From Eledone cirrhosa (taxonomy: Eukaryota), in the NCBI GenBank assembly GCA_964016885.1, contig OZ024741.1, forward strand, positions 184,326,001 to 184,390,000: a stretch of 64,000 bases of DNA, written 5' to 3'. Below, in pieces: positions 40,453 to 55,480 of this stretch (positions are counted from its first letter, which is position 1; each line of letters opens with the position of its first letter). Under the pieces are notes generated by a model that saw nothing but the letters and a program-made list of their open reading frames with translations, was not told the origin of the DNA and made no database searches. A program made the position numbers and the translations under genes.

Positions 40453-40926
40453 ATCGATTCTTACCTATGACTCGTTTCACTATATTGTTGTCAATTTCCT
40501 AAGTGGAAAACTTCGCTGCTTACAACCTTCCACCACCCCAGACTCTTGACCTACTTACTTATTCTAGATGCCTCTTCTCTATGAACTGTGTGTGTGTGTA
40601 CGAGAACGTGTGTTTAAAATGCTATAGTGTTTAAAACATTCAGACATTAACGGATTGGGCTCTCAATACTCGTAGATAAATTTTTTTATACGTTTTATTT
40701 ATTTAAGCTAGATTGATTCTCGATATCTATACATATTTTTTAATGCTTTATTCTCGTCATAAATAAGATTGCCTGATGTATCATTGCATTACAGTTGTAG
40801 GTTATTCATCTCAAGGTAAATGACATACAATATTTGGTACAAAGTGAAAAGTAAGTCATGGGAATTGACACATATTTTAAAGTATATCACCATGATTTGT
40901 GTATTTGAAATAAACCATTTATAAAA

Positions 40927-41530
40927 TTCTTCTTCTTCTTCTTCTTCTTCTTCTTCTTCTTCTTCTTCTTCTTCTTCTTCTTCTTCTTCTTCTTCTTCGC
41001 CTACTTTTTCCTGAGTCCATGGATGTTTTCCAGCCGTCTTGCTCGGGGTTTACCTCTGGGTTTCCTACCGATTGGTTTACACCGTAAAATCTTTCCAGTG
41101 ATTCTTTCCTAAGATATTCAAACCACATATCCGTAGTATCAGAGCTGTGATATCTCAATTCAAAGAAGTAACGGCTCTACCTGGAGGGACCCTCTGATAT
41201 CCCAGCTGCACAATCTATCGTGTAACATTACTCCAAAGACCCTGCAATACTGCACCAGCTCCCACAATTTTCGCACTTAATTCAGCCTTCTGCCTTCCAT
41301 CACTTGTGAACACACGGCCCTGAGATACTTGAACATATCCACCTAGTTTCAGTGGAACAAACTTCACATGTAGAGTGCACTGCGCAAGCTTTCTTGAGAG
41401 GATGCGTGTCTCAGTTTTCGCAGCACTGATTTTCATTACATCCAAGCAGCACTCCTCGGTATCAAATCTATCAAGTGCAAGTTGGAGATCACCTTCTGTC
41501 GAATTAAGTAATAACATGTCTGAAAATTCC
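40927..41530 (-). pseudogene. RTE-clade (Expander/Rex3-like) LINE 3' fragment with (AGA)n tail
   Basis: DMLLLNSTEGDLQLALDRF..MKISAAKTE..VFTSDGR. Confidence 0.75.
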
Positions 41531-42331
41531 AGCCGAGTGGTTCTATACATGCCAGTCATGATACCACTTCCAAACGGATAATGTCTAACACCAATGTAGG
41601 ACACAGTGGATTTTGAACTCTGAACAAAAAACAAAACAAAAAAAAACAACATATCTTACAAGGTCCGACGATTTAATGATTACACCAAGTCATCACCCAA
41701 GACTACTCATATTATTTATTAACCCCAGAAAGATGAAAGACAAATTTGACATCAAAACGTACAATGCTCCGACATTTCTGCCAGATCGCAGTTTATGAAT
41801 AAACTGCTATATTTTTGTTTTTCGTGATCATTATTTTGTTCGCATTCATCCATTTTAAGCTCTACCTTCTAAATTGTCTTCATTGATTTGGCAGTATCGG
41901 TACGTCATGCTTTCTAGCATAGTTACGTCCTATTACGGTCTGAGTTCAAATCCCGGCAAGGTGAATTAATCCTTCCTTTAATAACTATGAATCTATTTCT
42001 TTTTAAATGTCATTATTCTGAATCTAGATGCCCCATAAATTTATATCACTCCTCTAATGTATGAATTCATGGAATACAAATCATACTCACTTCTGAGTAA
42101 CAGCTTATATTAGCTTTTGACAAATTGTTTATTAAATATATTAAGATATTGTCACACAGCTGGTGGCTTTGAAACAAAGGATTTACATAACTAACTGCCT
42201 CTTCTACACCAATATTTGATATTATGAAATAGATAAATGTATGCAAATAATTTATATACAAATATTTCCTTTTGTTCATGAAAGCATTCAAACTTCCAAT
42301 TAAATTGAATTCATAAACTTGATATTGAGTC

Positions 42332-42392
<61 letters not shown>

Positions 42393-42444
42393 TGTGTGTG
42401 TGTGTGGTTGGTGTATGTGTGTGCGTGCGTGCACGCGTGTGTGC

Positions 42445-42517
<73 letters not shown>

Positions 42518-42692
42518 TGTGTGTGTGTGTGTAATAAATAATGAAGTATTGCATATTATTGAAGAATAAATATTGTAGTCTGCTCATGTAGACAATTATA
42601 ATAGACACAGAAACATATGTTAAAGCAAATAAATTCTTTATCTCCTTCACGCCGACGTTTTATTTTTCTTGCTTATATATATATACACATAT

Positions 42693-42723
<31 letters not shown>

Positions 42724-42949
42724 CTCCTCCTGTTTGCTGAAATCATGGATGTTTGGTCCTTATAGAATTCTAGTAAATAATCAGAGGAGTAGTTGGCTTT
42801 GATAAGCTTCAATAAATGCGAAACAAGGCCTTGTCAGCTTCATCTCCCCTATTTGCTGAAAATTAAAGTAAGTGAGTCTGTCACTCATAATGTCTTCGAA
42901 ATGCTTTTAATTAAGCTTACAGTGTATTGCAAAATACACTATATATACA

Positions 42950-43017
<68 letters not shown>

Positions 43018-43238
43018 TATCGCTACTCTGAAGAGCAGATCGACAGTGCAGTTGGAGAGACCTTGAGTCAATCCTCAGCAAATCACGCGTAACGACTCGA
43101 TATACAATAAATATCCATTTACATGCAAACGAAGCTCCTCGATTTTTTCTTATGTTCTTATATATATATATATATATATATATACATGCACATATATATA
43201 TATATACATACACACATGCATATATATATACACACATG

Positions 43239-43300
<62 letters not shown>

Positions 43301-43336
43301 CACACATGCATATATATATATACAAACATACACACA

Positions 43337-43371
<35 letters not shown>

Positions 43372-43459
43372 GCACGCTTGCATATATATATACATACACA
43401 AATGCATATATATATATACATACACACATGCATATATATATATATATCCATACGCACAT

Positions 43460-43536
<77 letters not shown>

Positions 43537-43613
43537 TGCATATATATATATATATACATACATGCATATACATATATATATACATACACACATGCATATA
43601 AATATATATATAT

Positions 43614-43646
<33 letters not shown>

Positions 43647-43656
43647 TATATACATA

Positions 43657-43733
<77 letters not shown>

Positions 43734-43768
43734 TTACACACATGCATATATATATATACATACACACA

Positions 43769-43812
<44 letters not shown>

Positions 43813-44176
43813 CAAGGTTTACCAAATAAGAAAAAGTTTTAAAATAAATTTTAAAAGATTCACACTAACTGCTGTAGTTACCCTTACCGTACGGTTTCAA
43901 GTCTCAAAAATAAATGGAGAGTCCTTACGGACATCCATTGAAAAGAAAGACCCTCGTCAGAAGGTTCTTTTCTCTCGGAGAATATAAAATTCCCGAGTTC
44001 AAATTACGAACTGGCGCTATTCAAAATTGTTCCCGGGATGATATAGAAGCAATTCTGTCCAGTACCGTGTGCAAAGATAGAAGGCAGAGGCGGAAAGGTC
44101 AATCCACTGCCACTAGAAATAGCAGCAGTCAAAACGTATATATATATATATATATTTACATACACACATGCATATA

Positions 44177-45008
44177 TACAAAGTAAATCAAAATTTATCC
44201 GCACTTTCACCATAACCTATCTTTAGATTCGTCACACTGCCATGCTTGCTTTTATAGTTGGTACAATTGTGGTCACGTGATCGATGTTTCAGCTTGATCG
44301 CGCGAGTTTTCCTGTTGCTGTTATAGTGTAAACATGACCGCTCCACTAGCAGTTTCCACAGTTTGGATTCTGGCCCATAGTGATGGATCAACGTTTCATC
44401 TCCTGTGACTATTCTGGGCATCATTGTTGTAGCGTTCAAGTAAACTATGTCAGACCTTAACATGTTTGTCCTTGTGCTCTCTTGCTAAGCTCTCTTGGCA
44501 CCCATCTCGCGCAGAGTTTATGGAAACCGAGCTCGTCGTGGATGATTTGATAGGCCGAATCATGACTAATCTGCAGAGAACATGCTACTTCATCGAAGAT
44601 AACTCTCGAGCTTGCTGAATCTTCTCGTCAGTGGTGGCGTTTAACGGGCGTCCTGCTCCTTCTTCGTGTGTCATGCATGTCTGGCCACTTTTAAATTCCT
44701 CGATCCACTCATATACACCTCTACGCTGTAGTGCACTGTCGCTGCATTGTATTGAAAGCCTTCGATGAATTTCAGCCCATGACACACCTTCCAATCAGAG
44801 AAATCGGATCATTTCTCTTTGTTCCTCGTTGGTACCCACTGCTAGTGGGGCGGCCATGTTTCCACTATAACAGCAGCAAGAAAACTGACTTGATCAAGCA
44901 CAAACGCTGAGCATGTGACAAAAATAGTATTAACTGTGACCAGAAGTCATTATGAAAAACCTAAATATATGTTATGGCGAAAATGCGGATAATTTTTAAT
45001 TTAACCTC

Positions 45009-45012
<4 letters not shown>
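44177..45012 (-). mobile_element. Internally deleted mariner transposon with TIRs
   Basis: AEIHRRL..VYEWIEEFKSG..GRP; CARWVPREL; IVTGDET..HHY.PESK; TIRs TTATCCGCA(C/T)TTTC(A/G)CCATAAC at both ends. Confidence 0.9.
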
Positions 45013-45060
<48 letters not shown>

Positions 45061-45064
<4 letters not shown>

Positions 45065-45299
45065 GTAAAACACTGGAAGGTAATATCCGTAGTGGTAGAG
45101 CACTCAGTCCATGGGACGAGTTAGGTAGAAGTGGTTGCACAACAGTTAGTTCACCATACCGAGAACATTTGTTTCACCTTAGCGGATCCTCAGCTCGTAA
45201 TGGACATGGTTATACGGAACAACTGTTCCGTATAACCATGTCCATTACGGTAAGGTGAAACAATTGTTTCAGTATGGTGAACTAACTGTTGTGTAACCA

Positions 45300-45302
<3 letters not shown>
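45061..45302 (-). mobile_element. Fold-back PLE-like element in (TA)n with HHR at 45160-45197
   Basis: cgag CTGAGGA tcc gctaa ggt GAAA caaatg TT ctcg; palindrome centre about 45222. Confidence 0.8.
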
Positions 45303-45335
<33 letters not shown>

Positions 45336-45377
45336 AAAGAAACCAAAGGATGCTTACATACTCAAACAGTCTTTATT

Positions 45378-45425
45378 TGCTTACAATGTTTCAGCCTTGC
45401 CTTTTTGTAGGAATCCTCAGATCCT
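45378..45425 (-). ncRNA. Degenerate hammerhead motif
   Basis: CTGAGGA ttcct...aggct GAAA cattg TA; stem I poorly paired. Confidence 0.55.
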
Positions 45426-46196
45426 AATAAATTCAGTGCTGAGTATAAGCTCCACAAAAACCTAGTCAGACGAACAATCAGAATGCAAAAGAGATTAAAG
45501 ATAGGGAGATTGGAGATGGCGAACAAGGAGGTGCATGCTGGGGTTGCACCGCAGCTAAATTCCAGGGCATAAGCGGATTCAACAAGATGCAGATATAATA
45601 GATGGCACACAAAAGCAAAAAATGCAAAAGCAACAAATACAGTCAATGGTTAAGACATAATATAAATAATAATAAAATAATAAAAATATAAAAATAATAG
45701 AATTAATAAAATTAATAAAAAAAATATAAATTAATAAAAAAAATATAATTTTTTTTTTATTATTATTATACTTTTATTATTATTTTACTTTATTTTATTA
45801 TTTTTATTTTTTTATTACTTTATTATTATTTATATAATATTCAGGGTTCCATCTCTTGTATTTTCTGCCATATGTGAAACTCATTTGCACACGATTTAGT
45901 TTTAGCTATAGACCATAAATTACTTCTTACCAATGTTCTACTTATGGCCGAAGGATGAACATGGATTCCAGAAGTTTGGTTCAGATCTGATGATAACTGG
46001 CAGATGGATATGCTTATATCGCTCTAGATGCTTAACATTGCTTTTAGACAGTGCTATGTATTCTCAACCTCTTCTTTCTTAAGTTCCTTCAATTTCACAA
46101 TTCTTCTTGATAGGTGACACATCTTGAGACATTTCATGATATTTCTGATTAAGATATCCCTAGATTGCGATAAAAGATGAATCATAATATAATAAA

Positions 46197-46752
46197 GGAA
46201 GGAGTGCGGGATTGTGTCCTGAATATATTTTTTTATCCCGTTAGTAAAATAACTTAAATTACTTTCGATAAATAATGTATGAATATTACATAATTTATGT
46301 ACTAAATTTCGCAGCTGTTGATTAAACATAAATATTCTTATATATAATGATTGCTTATCCATTTCTTTCTTTTAAAATTTTCAAATGTCTACACTTCCGG
46401 TTAAAGTTCATTATATCATAACACTTATTACATTGCTTATTTAAACGTGCATATATTTGCATCGTTATATAAGGTTTATATTTTTGTCGTAAATTTTCTT
46501 CTTTTCGGTTTTCATAAAATGTTGCTATAATGTAGTTGATATATAACATCGTCTTTTTAAAATGTATCATGGATTACTTTACTGATTACAGAAGACAGTG
46601 TAACACAGTTTCTCTTCGATTTCTGTGCATATTGTCAATTACGATGTTATTTGACGAATTATATCTACATGCATATGTATTTGCTTATAATATCAATATG
46701 CACACTACACAATCCAGCAGAAAACCACCCGAAGGGTGATTTTTCTGCTGGC
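46197..46752 (+). mobile_element. Second copy of the hairpin-terminated repeat
   Basis: Colinear with 2290-3250; ends CCAGCAGAAAACCACCCGAAGGGTGATTTTTCTGCTGG. Confidence 0.6.
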
Positions 46753-47927
46753 TTGTTTGCTATCGGAACATTATACACCGTAATGATTTACTATTTGTAT
46801 ATATGTTTCAGCCATCTAGAAAATGAGATTAAGGTACGATTAGATCGGGTGTAAAAGATGTCCGAAAGTTTGTTGTATCCTAGAACAATAAGACTGTGAA
46901 GAAAAGTACGACATTGACAAACATACAAAATATACCCATAAAACTAATCCGATCATGTCAGCTATACCTCTGACAGCCTGTCACCTAAAGATCACTCAGT
47001 GTTGGTTGCTGTCACTTTACATACTTCAACATGATAGTTGACATATATTAAAGATTTGAAACAAAACTATATTGTAACTTCATTACATAGTATACGTTAT
47101 TGTAGGAACGGTGCTGGTGTTCTTTACGCAGATATCATAAAATACAAGAAGAGAAAAGCCACTGCGCTAATCTCTGTATATTCAGTCATAGATGTTATCT
47201 GGTTCACTGATGTTCTGTCTCCTAGTTGTTTCTCTACTACGGTTATGAACACGGTTTCTGCTACTCGGAGCTTTCTCATCTCAAGCCACCTCCATTCAAG
47301 TATTCCCGATCTCACTCGTTTCACCTGCTCTCACCTAGTCCTTCCTGCCTAGAACTTTTGTCCTCTGGAATTTTTTCTCTGCACCTATCATTCCAAAATA
47401 ACCCCCCCCCCTCCCCTCTCTCTCTCTTTCTTCATTTTAAATGAAGTGAGCGATTGATTGCCCCATTCGAAACCTGCAAACGGCATACGGTATTATTCAT
47501 AAAAAATAAATGAAATAAATAAGTAAATAGAACTAAATTTAAACAGGTTGCAGTACTTGAATATTATTTATAGACTAAATCTACCACAGCAGGATTTGAA
47601 CGCTGGGGCGTAATGTACGGGTAACACAATACGTCAATAGTAATTTATACTTAAATAATTGCCACATTTTATGTCCATCTCTTTGCTGTATCGTTGTTTA
47701 TCTCATGCTCTGTAGCGTTTGGGTATCACAGATATCTCAGATTAAAGCAAAATTAGCGTCTCTTATTTCCTAGCTGCTATCGTTTGTGGAAAAACAATCA
47801 ATCTAGTCAAAAAGCTGACACTTAATAATGCATAGCCAACCCTTGAAAAATACACTTCAATACAAACACAAACACTCGGAGTTTTATATATGTATGAGAA
47901 AGGTTTACATACATATGTATACATACG

Positions 47928-47999
<72 letters not shown>

Positions 48000-48215
48000 T
48001 GCATACATATGTGTATGTGTGTGTACATGACTAGTCCTATAGGAAATTATAGTCTCAAGACTAGGAAGAGCAGATATAAGCAGCAGTTTAATCTTATACA
48101 GAGTGTGTATCAGCTTGTAAACACACACATGCACATAGACATATGTGTAAATACACGATACACATACATACACACACACATATATATATATAAATATATA
48201 CATACACACACACAT

Positions 48216-48268
<53 letters not shown>

Positions 48269-48332
48269 TTCGTATATGTGCGTGTGTGTGTGTGTGTGAC
48301 GGATAATTAATAGGTTTATCTTACATTACGTG

Positions 48333-48363
<31 letters not shown>

Positions 48364-48830
48364 ATGTGTGTGTACATATATCCATACATACACACACACA
48401 GACACACATTCACACAAACATATATATATATACATATATATAAAATAAAAAAAGAAATACACGTAAACACGCACGGAAAGTGGCTGCAATGGACAGTTGT
48501 AGAAGCCTCATTAAAACCCATCTAAAATTGATGGTTGATTTGCGTGTCAGCAATAGCTAACTCAGCCAAACATTGGCACCATTTACCAATCTCTTGTGTT
48601 CTGCTCCGTTCATTGTATGCTGTTTTTTTTTTTATCTTTTCTTTTTTAAAACTGACATACGTAACTTAGTGGAAAAGATGAATGAAGATTAATTCTCGTT
48701 TTCCTAACAGCAGCAGCATTACCAGCAGAGGCAGTAGTATTACCACCTGCTTTAGCATCGCCACGAGCAACAGCATCACCACCACTTGCAGGTAGTATCC
48801 CCCACTACCCCAGTAGCATTGCCCACCACT

Positions 48831-48861
<31 letters not shown>

Positions 48862-48931
48862 CTCGAATGAAACCTTCTATCATGACCAAAAAAACTATAT
48901 AAATCCTCCTCACCAAAAAAAATCAACGTAT

Positions 48932-48965
<34 letters not shown>

Positions 48966-49984
48966 CACTACTACTACTGCTACTACTACTACTACTACTA
49001 CTACTACTGCTACTACTACTACTACTGCTACTACTACTACTGCTACTACTACTACTGCTACTACTACTACTACTGCTACTACTACTACTGCTACTACTAC
49101 TACTACTACTACTACTACTATTAATACTGCTACTATTACTACTGGATCCTTCGTCAGTTTCTCCGATGAACATTCATTTTATCTATTGACTAAACGCCCG
49201 ACTTGCGAAACCAACATGGAAATTGCCGAATACTCAACATCAACTGATCACAATATCTGACAAAGACAAACTTTTAAATTACATTTACCATCCTAACAAC
49301 TAGAATTCATTCTTAAAAAGCTGGGTATTCCGAAGTGGTAGTGTCCACCATTAGAATGTAGTACACTTGGAAAATTAGGAGCTTTTCACAGTTATGCTAT
49401 TTAACATCTTCCTGAAGGGTTTGATTTCTTCGATTGATGCGATGTCTGCTTCATTATGGCTAATTCTATTACCTATTCCATAACAGTTTCTAAATCACAA
49501 CTAGCTTCAAATTTCTTGATATTTATATAACTAGCTAGTTTAGTAGCAGCACTTTCGACAAACACGCCGCTGTCGTTGTTATTATCTGATGGATAAACAA
49601 CCCCATCGCTTCCTTCTTAAGTTTTCTAACGCTTTCAAATCCCATACACTATCCTGCATATACCAGAAATCGTTTGCTTTTTGACATCATATAATTTACT
49701 TCACAAATTCTCACCAGCGAAAGACATAACTCTCATAACTTTCAGTTTTCGATGCACAAGTCACATGAATTTATTACCTGATTGAAACTCTGATGTAAAA
49801 TGCGAGGCTGAAAGATTCCCAATCAGTGAAATATTAAATAGAATTGCAAGACAACGAAATTTGTTTATGTTTCATATAGTAGTCATTGCCACGACCTATT
49901 TGTTACATATAGTAGTTGTCGCTCTGATGTATCGCATTGAACCTGGAATAGATATCATTCAAATTTAATATACGACTTCAAAAT

Positions 49985-50898
49985 ATAATTGTTTCTACTT
50001 TTGGCACAAGGCCAGCAATTACCCAGTACATTACTGGTACTTTATTTTATCGACCCCATATGGATGAAAGGCAAAGTTAACCTCGGCGGGATTTGAACTC
50101 AGATCATAAAGGGACGTAACTATGCTGGAAGGCATGTCCGACCCTCTGCTGATACTGCCAAATGATCTAAAGTCTTAGTATATCCATTTTTGACGAACTT
50201 ATACATTTATACATATATATTCTTAGCACGAAAACAGTGTGTATTACACACACATAGTTGTGGTGGTGATGATGAAGATGATATTGACATTAATGTTGTT
50301 GACGATGATGTTTGATAAGGATGAAGACGGGGACGATAATTGTGATAATGTTGCTGCTGCTAATGATGCTGAAGCGGTTATAGTTGTTTCTACGTTAGGC
50401 ACAAGGCCGGCAATTACCCAGTGCATTACTGGTACTTTATTTTATCGACCCCGTAAGGATGAAAGGCAAAGTCAACCTCGGCGGGATTTGAACTCAGACC
50501 ATAAAGGGTCGTAACTCTATGCTTCAAATCATGGCGTCTGACCCTCTACCGATACTGCCAATGCACCCCATGATAATGAAAGGCAAAGTTAACCTCGGCG
50601 GGATTTGAACTCAGATCATAAAGGGCCGTAACTCTATGCTACAAAGCATGGCGTCCGACCCTCTACCGATACTGCCTATCCACTGCCATAATGGCGATGG
50701 TAATAATTGTTTCTACTTTTTTGGCACAAGGCCAGCAATTACCCAGTATAATTACTGGTACTTTATTTTATCGACGCCGTAAGGATGAAAGGCAAAGTTA
50801 ACCTCGGCGGGATTTGAACTCATATCGTAAAGAGCCGTAACTCTATGCTACAAAGCATGGCGTCCGACCCTCCACCGATACTGCCAATCCACTGCCAT
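49985..50898 (-). mobile_element. Four SINE copies (49985-50161, 50383-50562, 50576-50688, 50703-50898)
   Basis: Family core and tRNA head on the minus strand. Confidence 0.9.
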
Positions 50899-51347
50899 AA
50901 TGACAATGGTAATGATGACAATGACAATGATGATTACGACGTAGATGATGATGATGATGATGATGATGATATTGACAAATAAAAATATTTCAAACAATAC
51001 CTTTTTAGGTAGGTTATATTCGATATCATATCGGTTTCCTTTAAAAGCTAGAAATCGAACCCACATTCTACAACGATAATATAATCTGTAAATCTGTATA
51101 ATCCTAAACTTTTAAGATGGATTAATTAAACATTAGTTAGATCTGTAATGCTACATGTCTGGACACACAATATAGCTCGTTTGAAACAATTAGAACGTCA
51201 ATTGCAAAGAGCCTTCATTTAATACTAATGGTAAATTGATAACCTGAGTTGATAATTGTTCAGATTTGTTAAGTAGAGGCGTTAATGACAAACTGTTAAG
51301 ATGCCGGCATGTGTCTGGGGTCATGTGTCAGATGACATCATTTATTT

Positions 51348-51640
51348 AGAAGTGATTGCAACATAACCATTTCATCTATATGTACCTAAATATCTCTCTC
51401 TATATATATATGTATTTATGTGTGAGTGTGTGTGTGTGAATGTATTTATGTATGTAGAAGTGATTGCAACATAACCATTTCATCTATATATATCTACATA
51501 TCTCTCTCTATATATATATGTATTTATGTGTGAGTGTGTGTGTGTGTGAATGTATTTATGTATGTAGCAGTGATTCCAACATAACCATTTCATCTATATA
51601 TATCTAAATATCTTTCTCTCTATATATATATATGTATTTA
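51348..51640. repeat. Tandem repeat of about 110 bp, three units
   Basis: AGTGATTGCAACATAACCATTTCATCTATA recurs three times. Confidence 0.8.
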
Positions 51641-51770
51641 TGTATGTATGGATGCGTACATAAATACATACATATATGTAAGTATGCATGGATATATGTA
51701 TGTATGTATGCATGTATGCATGTATGTGCGCATGCATATATGTATTCATGTATGTGTGCATGCATATATG

Positions 51771-51830
<60 letters not shown>

Positions 51831-51959
51831 TATATAGAGAGAGAGAATGCTATATCCATACATATGCATCAATAGCGGCAGCGTCATTATCACAATCGTA
51901 ATCACAGTCAATATATAATGTATACATACACGCACACATTCACTGACGCGTACACATAT

Positions 51960-52027
<68 letters not shown>

Positions 52028-52336
52028 CCATACATTTGTGTGTGTGTATGTATATATGTATATGTGCGAGTGTACGTATGTGTGTGAGTGTATAAAACTA
52101 TCTAGATGTGTTTGTATTCTACATGGATGCAGGGGTTTATTAAAATTCAGGAAAGTAGTTAAGGTCTCTTATGCCTCCCACTCTCCTTTCTTTCTCTCTT
52201 TCACTGTTTCCATCTCATCTAGTTGTCTGACGGTCTAATGAAATTAACCGTGTACACTATTCTGATATGAGGGATTGTAATGACGACAACAACAACGGCA
52301 ATGATAATGCATTTACTACTACTACTACTACTACTA

Positions 52337-52395
<59 letters not shown>

Positions 52396-52498
52396 ATACT
52401 ACCATTACTACTGCTACTACTACTACTACTAATACTACTATTACTACTACTACTACTACTACTACTAATGCTACTACTATTACTACTACTACTACTAT

Positions 52499-52553
<55 letters not shown>

Positions 52554-52737
52554 GCTACTAATGCTACTACTACCACCACTACTACTAGTAATAATAATTA
52601 TGTTGGTAACAAATAATGTTGGAAACAATGATATTATAAAATCATTAATTCAATAAATTTTGGAATTTTGCAGGTGAGTAGAATTACGAAGCAAAAGGGA
52701 CTTAATGGTTATATATATATATGTATATATATATTTG

Positions 52738-52834
<97 letters not shown>

Positions 52835-52952
52835 TATTAATGTGTATATATATATATATATATATACATTTATATATATATACATATATATTAATGTGTA
52901 TATATATATATATATACATTTATATTAATGTGTATATATATATATATACACA

Positions 52953-53010
<58 letters not shown>

Positions 53011-53017
53011 TGTGTGT

Positions 53018-53056
<39 letters not shown>

Positions 53057-53809
53057 CATACATATATACATACACATATATTTTAATGTATATATATATA
53101 TAAATTAATATACATATATATATATATATATATATATTAATGTACGTATATATATTAATGTATGAATGCATGCATATATGTATAATGATGCTTCTAGTAT
53201 TATCTGGTGGCCAAAATGGCTGACAGTAAATCATTGTTAATGAACATCCGTTAACATAGATTCTAGACATAAATTTACACATATTAATGTTACAATTTGA
53301 CGTTTATAGAATAAAATGGGAATTTGTTGCAAATGAATTTATATCACTTTCTAAGTCGTCTATCCCCATACAACAACTACCAGCTTCTCGCAAACTATAA
53401 TGATTTCAAGGTGTTGTTGGTGTTGTGTGGTGTAGACTTGGTGACTTGCGGACTGAGTAAATGTACGAGTAGGAATTAGTATGGTTTCGTGTGGACTAAT
53501 GTAGATTACTGTGGCCTGGTATGGTGTCGTGTAGAATGATATATTATAATGTGGTCTGGTGCAGATGTGGTGTGGTGGGCTTGTGTTGTATCTCGTGACT
53601 TCTAGAAATGGTGTGGACAGGTGTATGAGTTGTGTGAGCTTTGTTGGTGTATTTTTGGTTATTGTTGTTGTTTAGACCATTCTCAATATCAATCGATCAA
53701 AACCCTGGTTCAATGTATTCCACCAATGACCATCAACGTCTTTTTTGTGCACCTAGGGTGATATTGCCCAATGTATCATTTCTTAAGACCGTGGCGTTAT
53801 TTCAATGCA

Positions 53810-54068
53810 TCTTGCCTCTCATCTCTATGGGGTCGATAAAATAAAGTACCAGTAATTCATTGGTATAATTGCTGGCCTTGTGCCAAAAGTAGAAACAATT
53901 ATTATTATTTATCGCTATGCTTTGACACATAGAGTTACGGCCCTTGCCATTCTGAGTTCGAATCCCGCCTAGGTTAACTTTGCCTTTCATCCTTACGGGG
54001 TCGATAAAATAAAGTACCAGTAATGCACTGGTAATTGCTGGCCTTGTGCCAAAAGTAGAAATAATTAT
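53810..54068 (+). mobile_element. Two 5'-truncated SINE copies
   Basis: Core and tail present twice. Confidence 0.85.
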
Positions 54069-54099
54069 TTATGTTTATTTTTTTTTGGGGGGGGGGGCA

Positions 54100-55480
54100 A
54101 CTTATGAGGAAAAGACAATACCCATAAATGTTTTCAGGAATCTCTAGGATTGGCATAGGGCAAAGAATATAAGTAGGTTCAGCATACTTTCTGCATGTGT
54201 GACAGAGTGTCAGCTGCCCGTATGCGCCCTGATCTTATAATGACACCTCATCTTTAACTTGTACATCTTGTGAGTCTAAACATCATCGTCATTCTGCACT
54301 TTGGCACTTTAAATTCCTTCATTACAGATGGCAGGGGTGGTGGGGCTGGCCTGATCTTATGTAGAGGTCAACTTTAGTGAAGCTCGGGGAGATTCCCAAC
54401 AATTTGTTGATCTTCCCCCCCATTCTTCCCACACTTGACATGGTGACCTCACACACGGTTAGCAGCCATATGATTCGGCAACAGGCCATGCTGGCAGACC
54501 TATGCTTCAAATTTCCCAGAGAACTCTGATTTCTCAATTCTCTTCAGTCATCCCTCTGCCTGCCTTTCTGTATTGCTGATGTTTTCCTGTCAGAAAGTGA
54601 GTCATCAAACCATTTCCCAAGGCATTTTGTTGGGTTTCCCTGTATTAGTGGAATAACCTCCTCCTGCACTTGCAATCTGCACTTCTCTACCAATGTATCT
54701 TTCCTGATCACCATGCTTCTGGATTTCCTTGGCTTGAACCCCATTCTTGCCCACGTTGCCACATGGTCAATACTGCTAGCATACGTTACGCCTCCTCCTC
54801 GGTTATGGTTGTCACAGTGAAACCTCTTATTAGGTGCTGTTGGACTCCCACACTTGGTCTATGGGATTTTTTCTCAGCAGCTATTATAAGGAATTTCATT
54901 CCCGTGATGAAAAGATTGTGCAGCTAGTCACAATTATTTTTCCAGTTCCTGTCACTGAATTGTAATATGGGCTGTTTTGAACCACAACTGGAAACATTCA
55001 AAGTAGCTGGTGATCATTTCCATTATATGGTGTGGGATATGGTAGCGATCTAGTGCTCTTTGTATGGGGGTATGAAGGGCGTTGGCTAAATCTGCCAGGT
55101 TATCCTTGGCTTTCTTGGCCACACGGATCATCTGGCTGAGGTTCTCCGTGTGTTCCAGACATCCAGAAAATCCCGGAATCTCACCCTTCGGGATAGAGGG
55201 GTTGATGTAACCATTCTGAATCATATACAATGACTTTCTTTTCACCAGTACTGAGAAGTTCTTGCCTTCAACACTTAGGTGTGAAATCGTTCTACATTGG
55301 CTGGTGACTAAGGAGCTTTCTTCATTTGGCACAAAAGAGCCCGCTGCCCTCTTTCAACACGATGAAAGGTTCCCTTTCTCCAGATTAACCGGAAGACCCT
55401 ACACAATCTCTGAACGAGCAATGAGCATTTCTTATATACCTAGTAACGTATACCACTTGAGCCAGGGGCAGATTCCGTTC
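54100..55480 (-). pseudogene. HERO-like non-LTR retrotransposon RT remnant (partial duplicate at 55738-55884)
   Basis: RTIS.LSVEGK; PGFSGCLEHT; DLANA; WARMGFKPRKSRSMVIRK; KCLGKWFDDSLSDR; frameshifts. Confidence 0.8.

Noticed and set aside
43022-43105. CTGAAGA...GTAA cgactcga TA hammerhead-like motif (similar weak cases at 1578-1655, 28265-28325 and 30525-30560)
   Set aside because: Too degenerate or truncated to call by eye; not counted, though possibly relics
42917-43987. Long ORFs of 150-300 aa rich in YI/HT/CV
   Set aside because: Translations of (TA)n/(CA)n microsatellite; the same applies to most ORFs in the track
47124-47324. Possible LINE RT fragment
   Set aside because: Only vague similarity, with no diagnostic motif
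49146-49900. Complex unique sequence as a host coding exon
   Set aside because: No sustained open frame or recognisable protein; could be UTR but this is unsupported
52257-52656. Poly-Ser/Leu/Val ORFs (also 21614-21988 and 48666-49173)
   Set aside because: (CTA)n/(TAG)n trinucleotide tracts with no domain content
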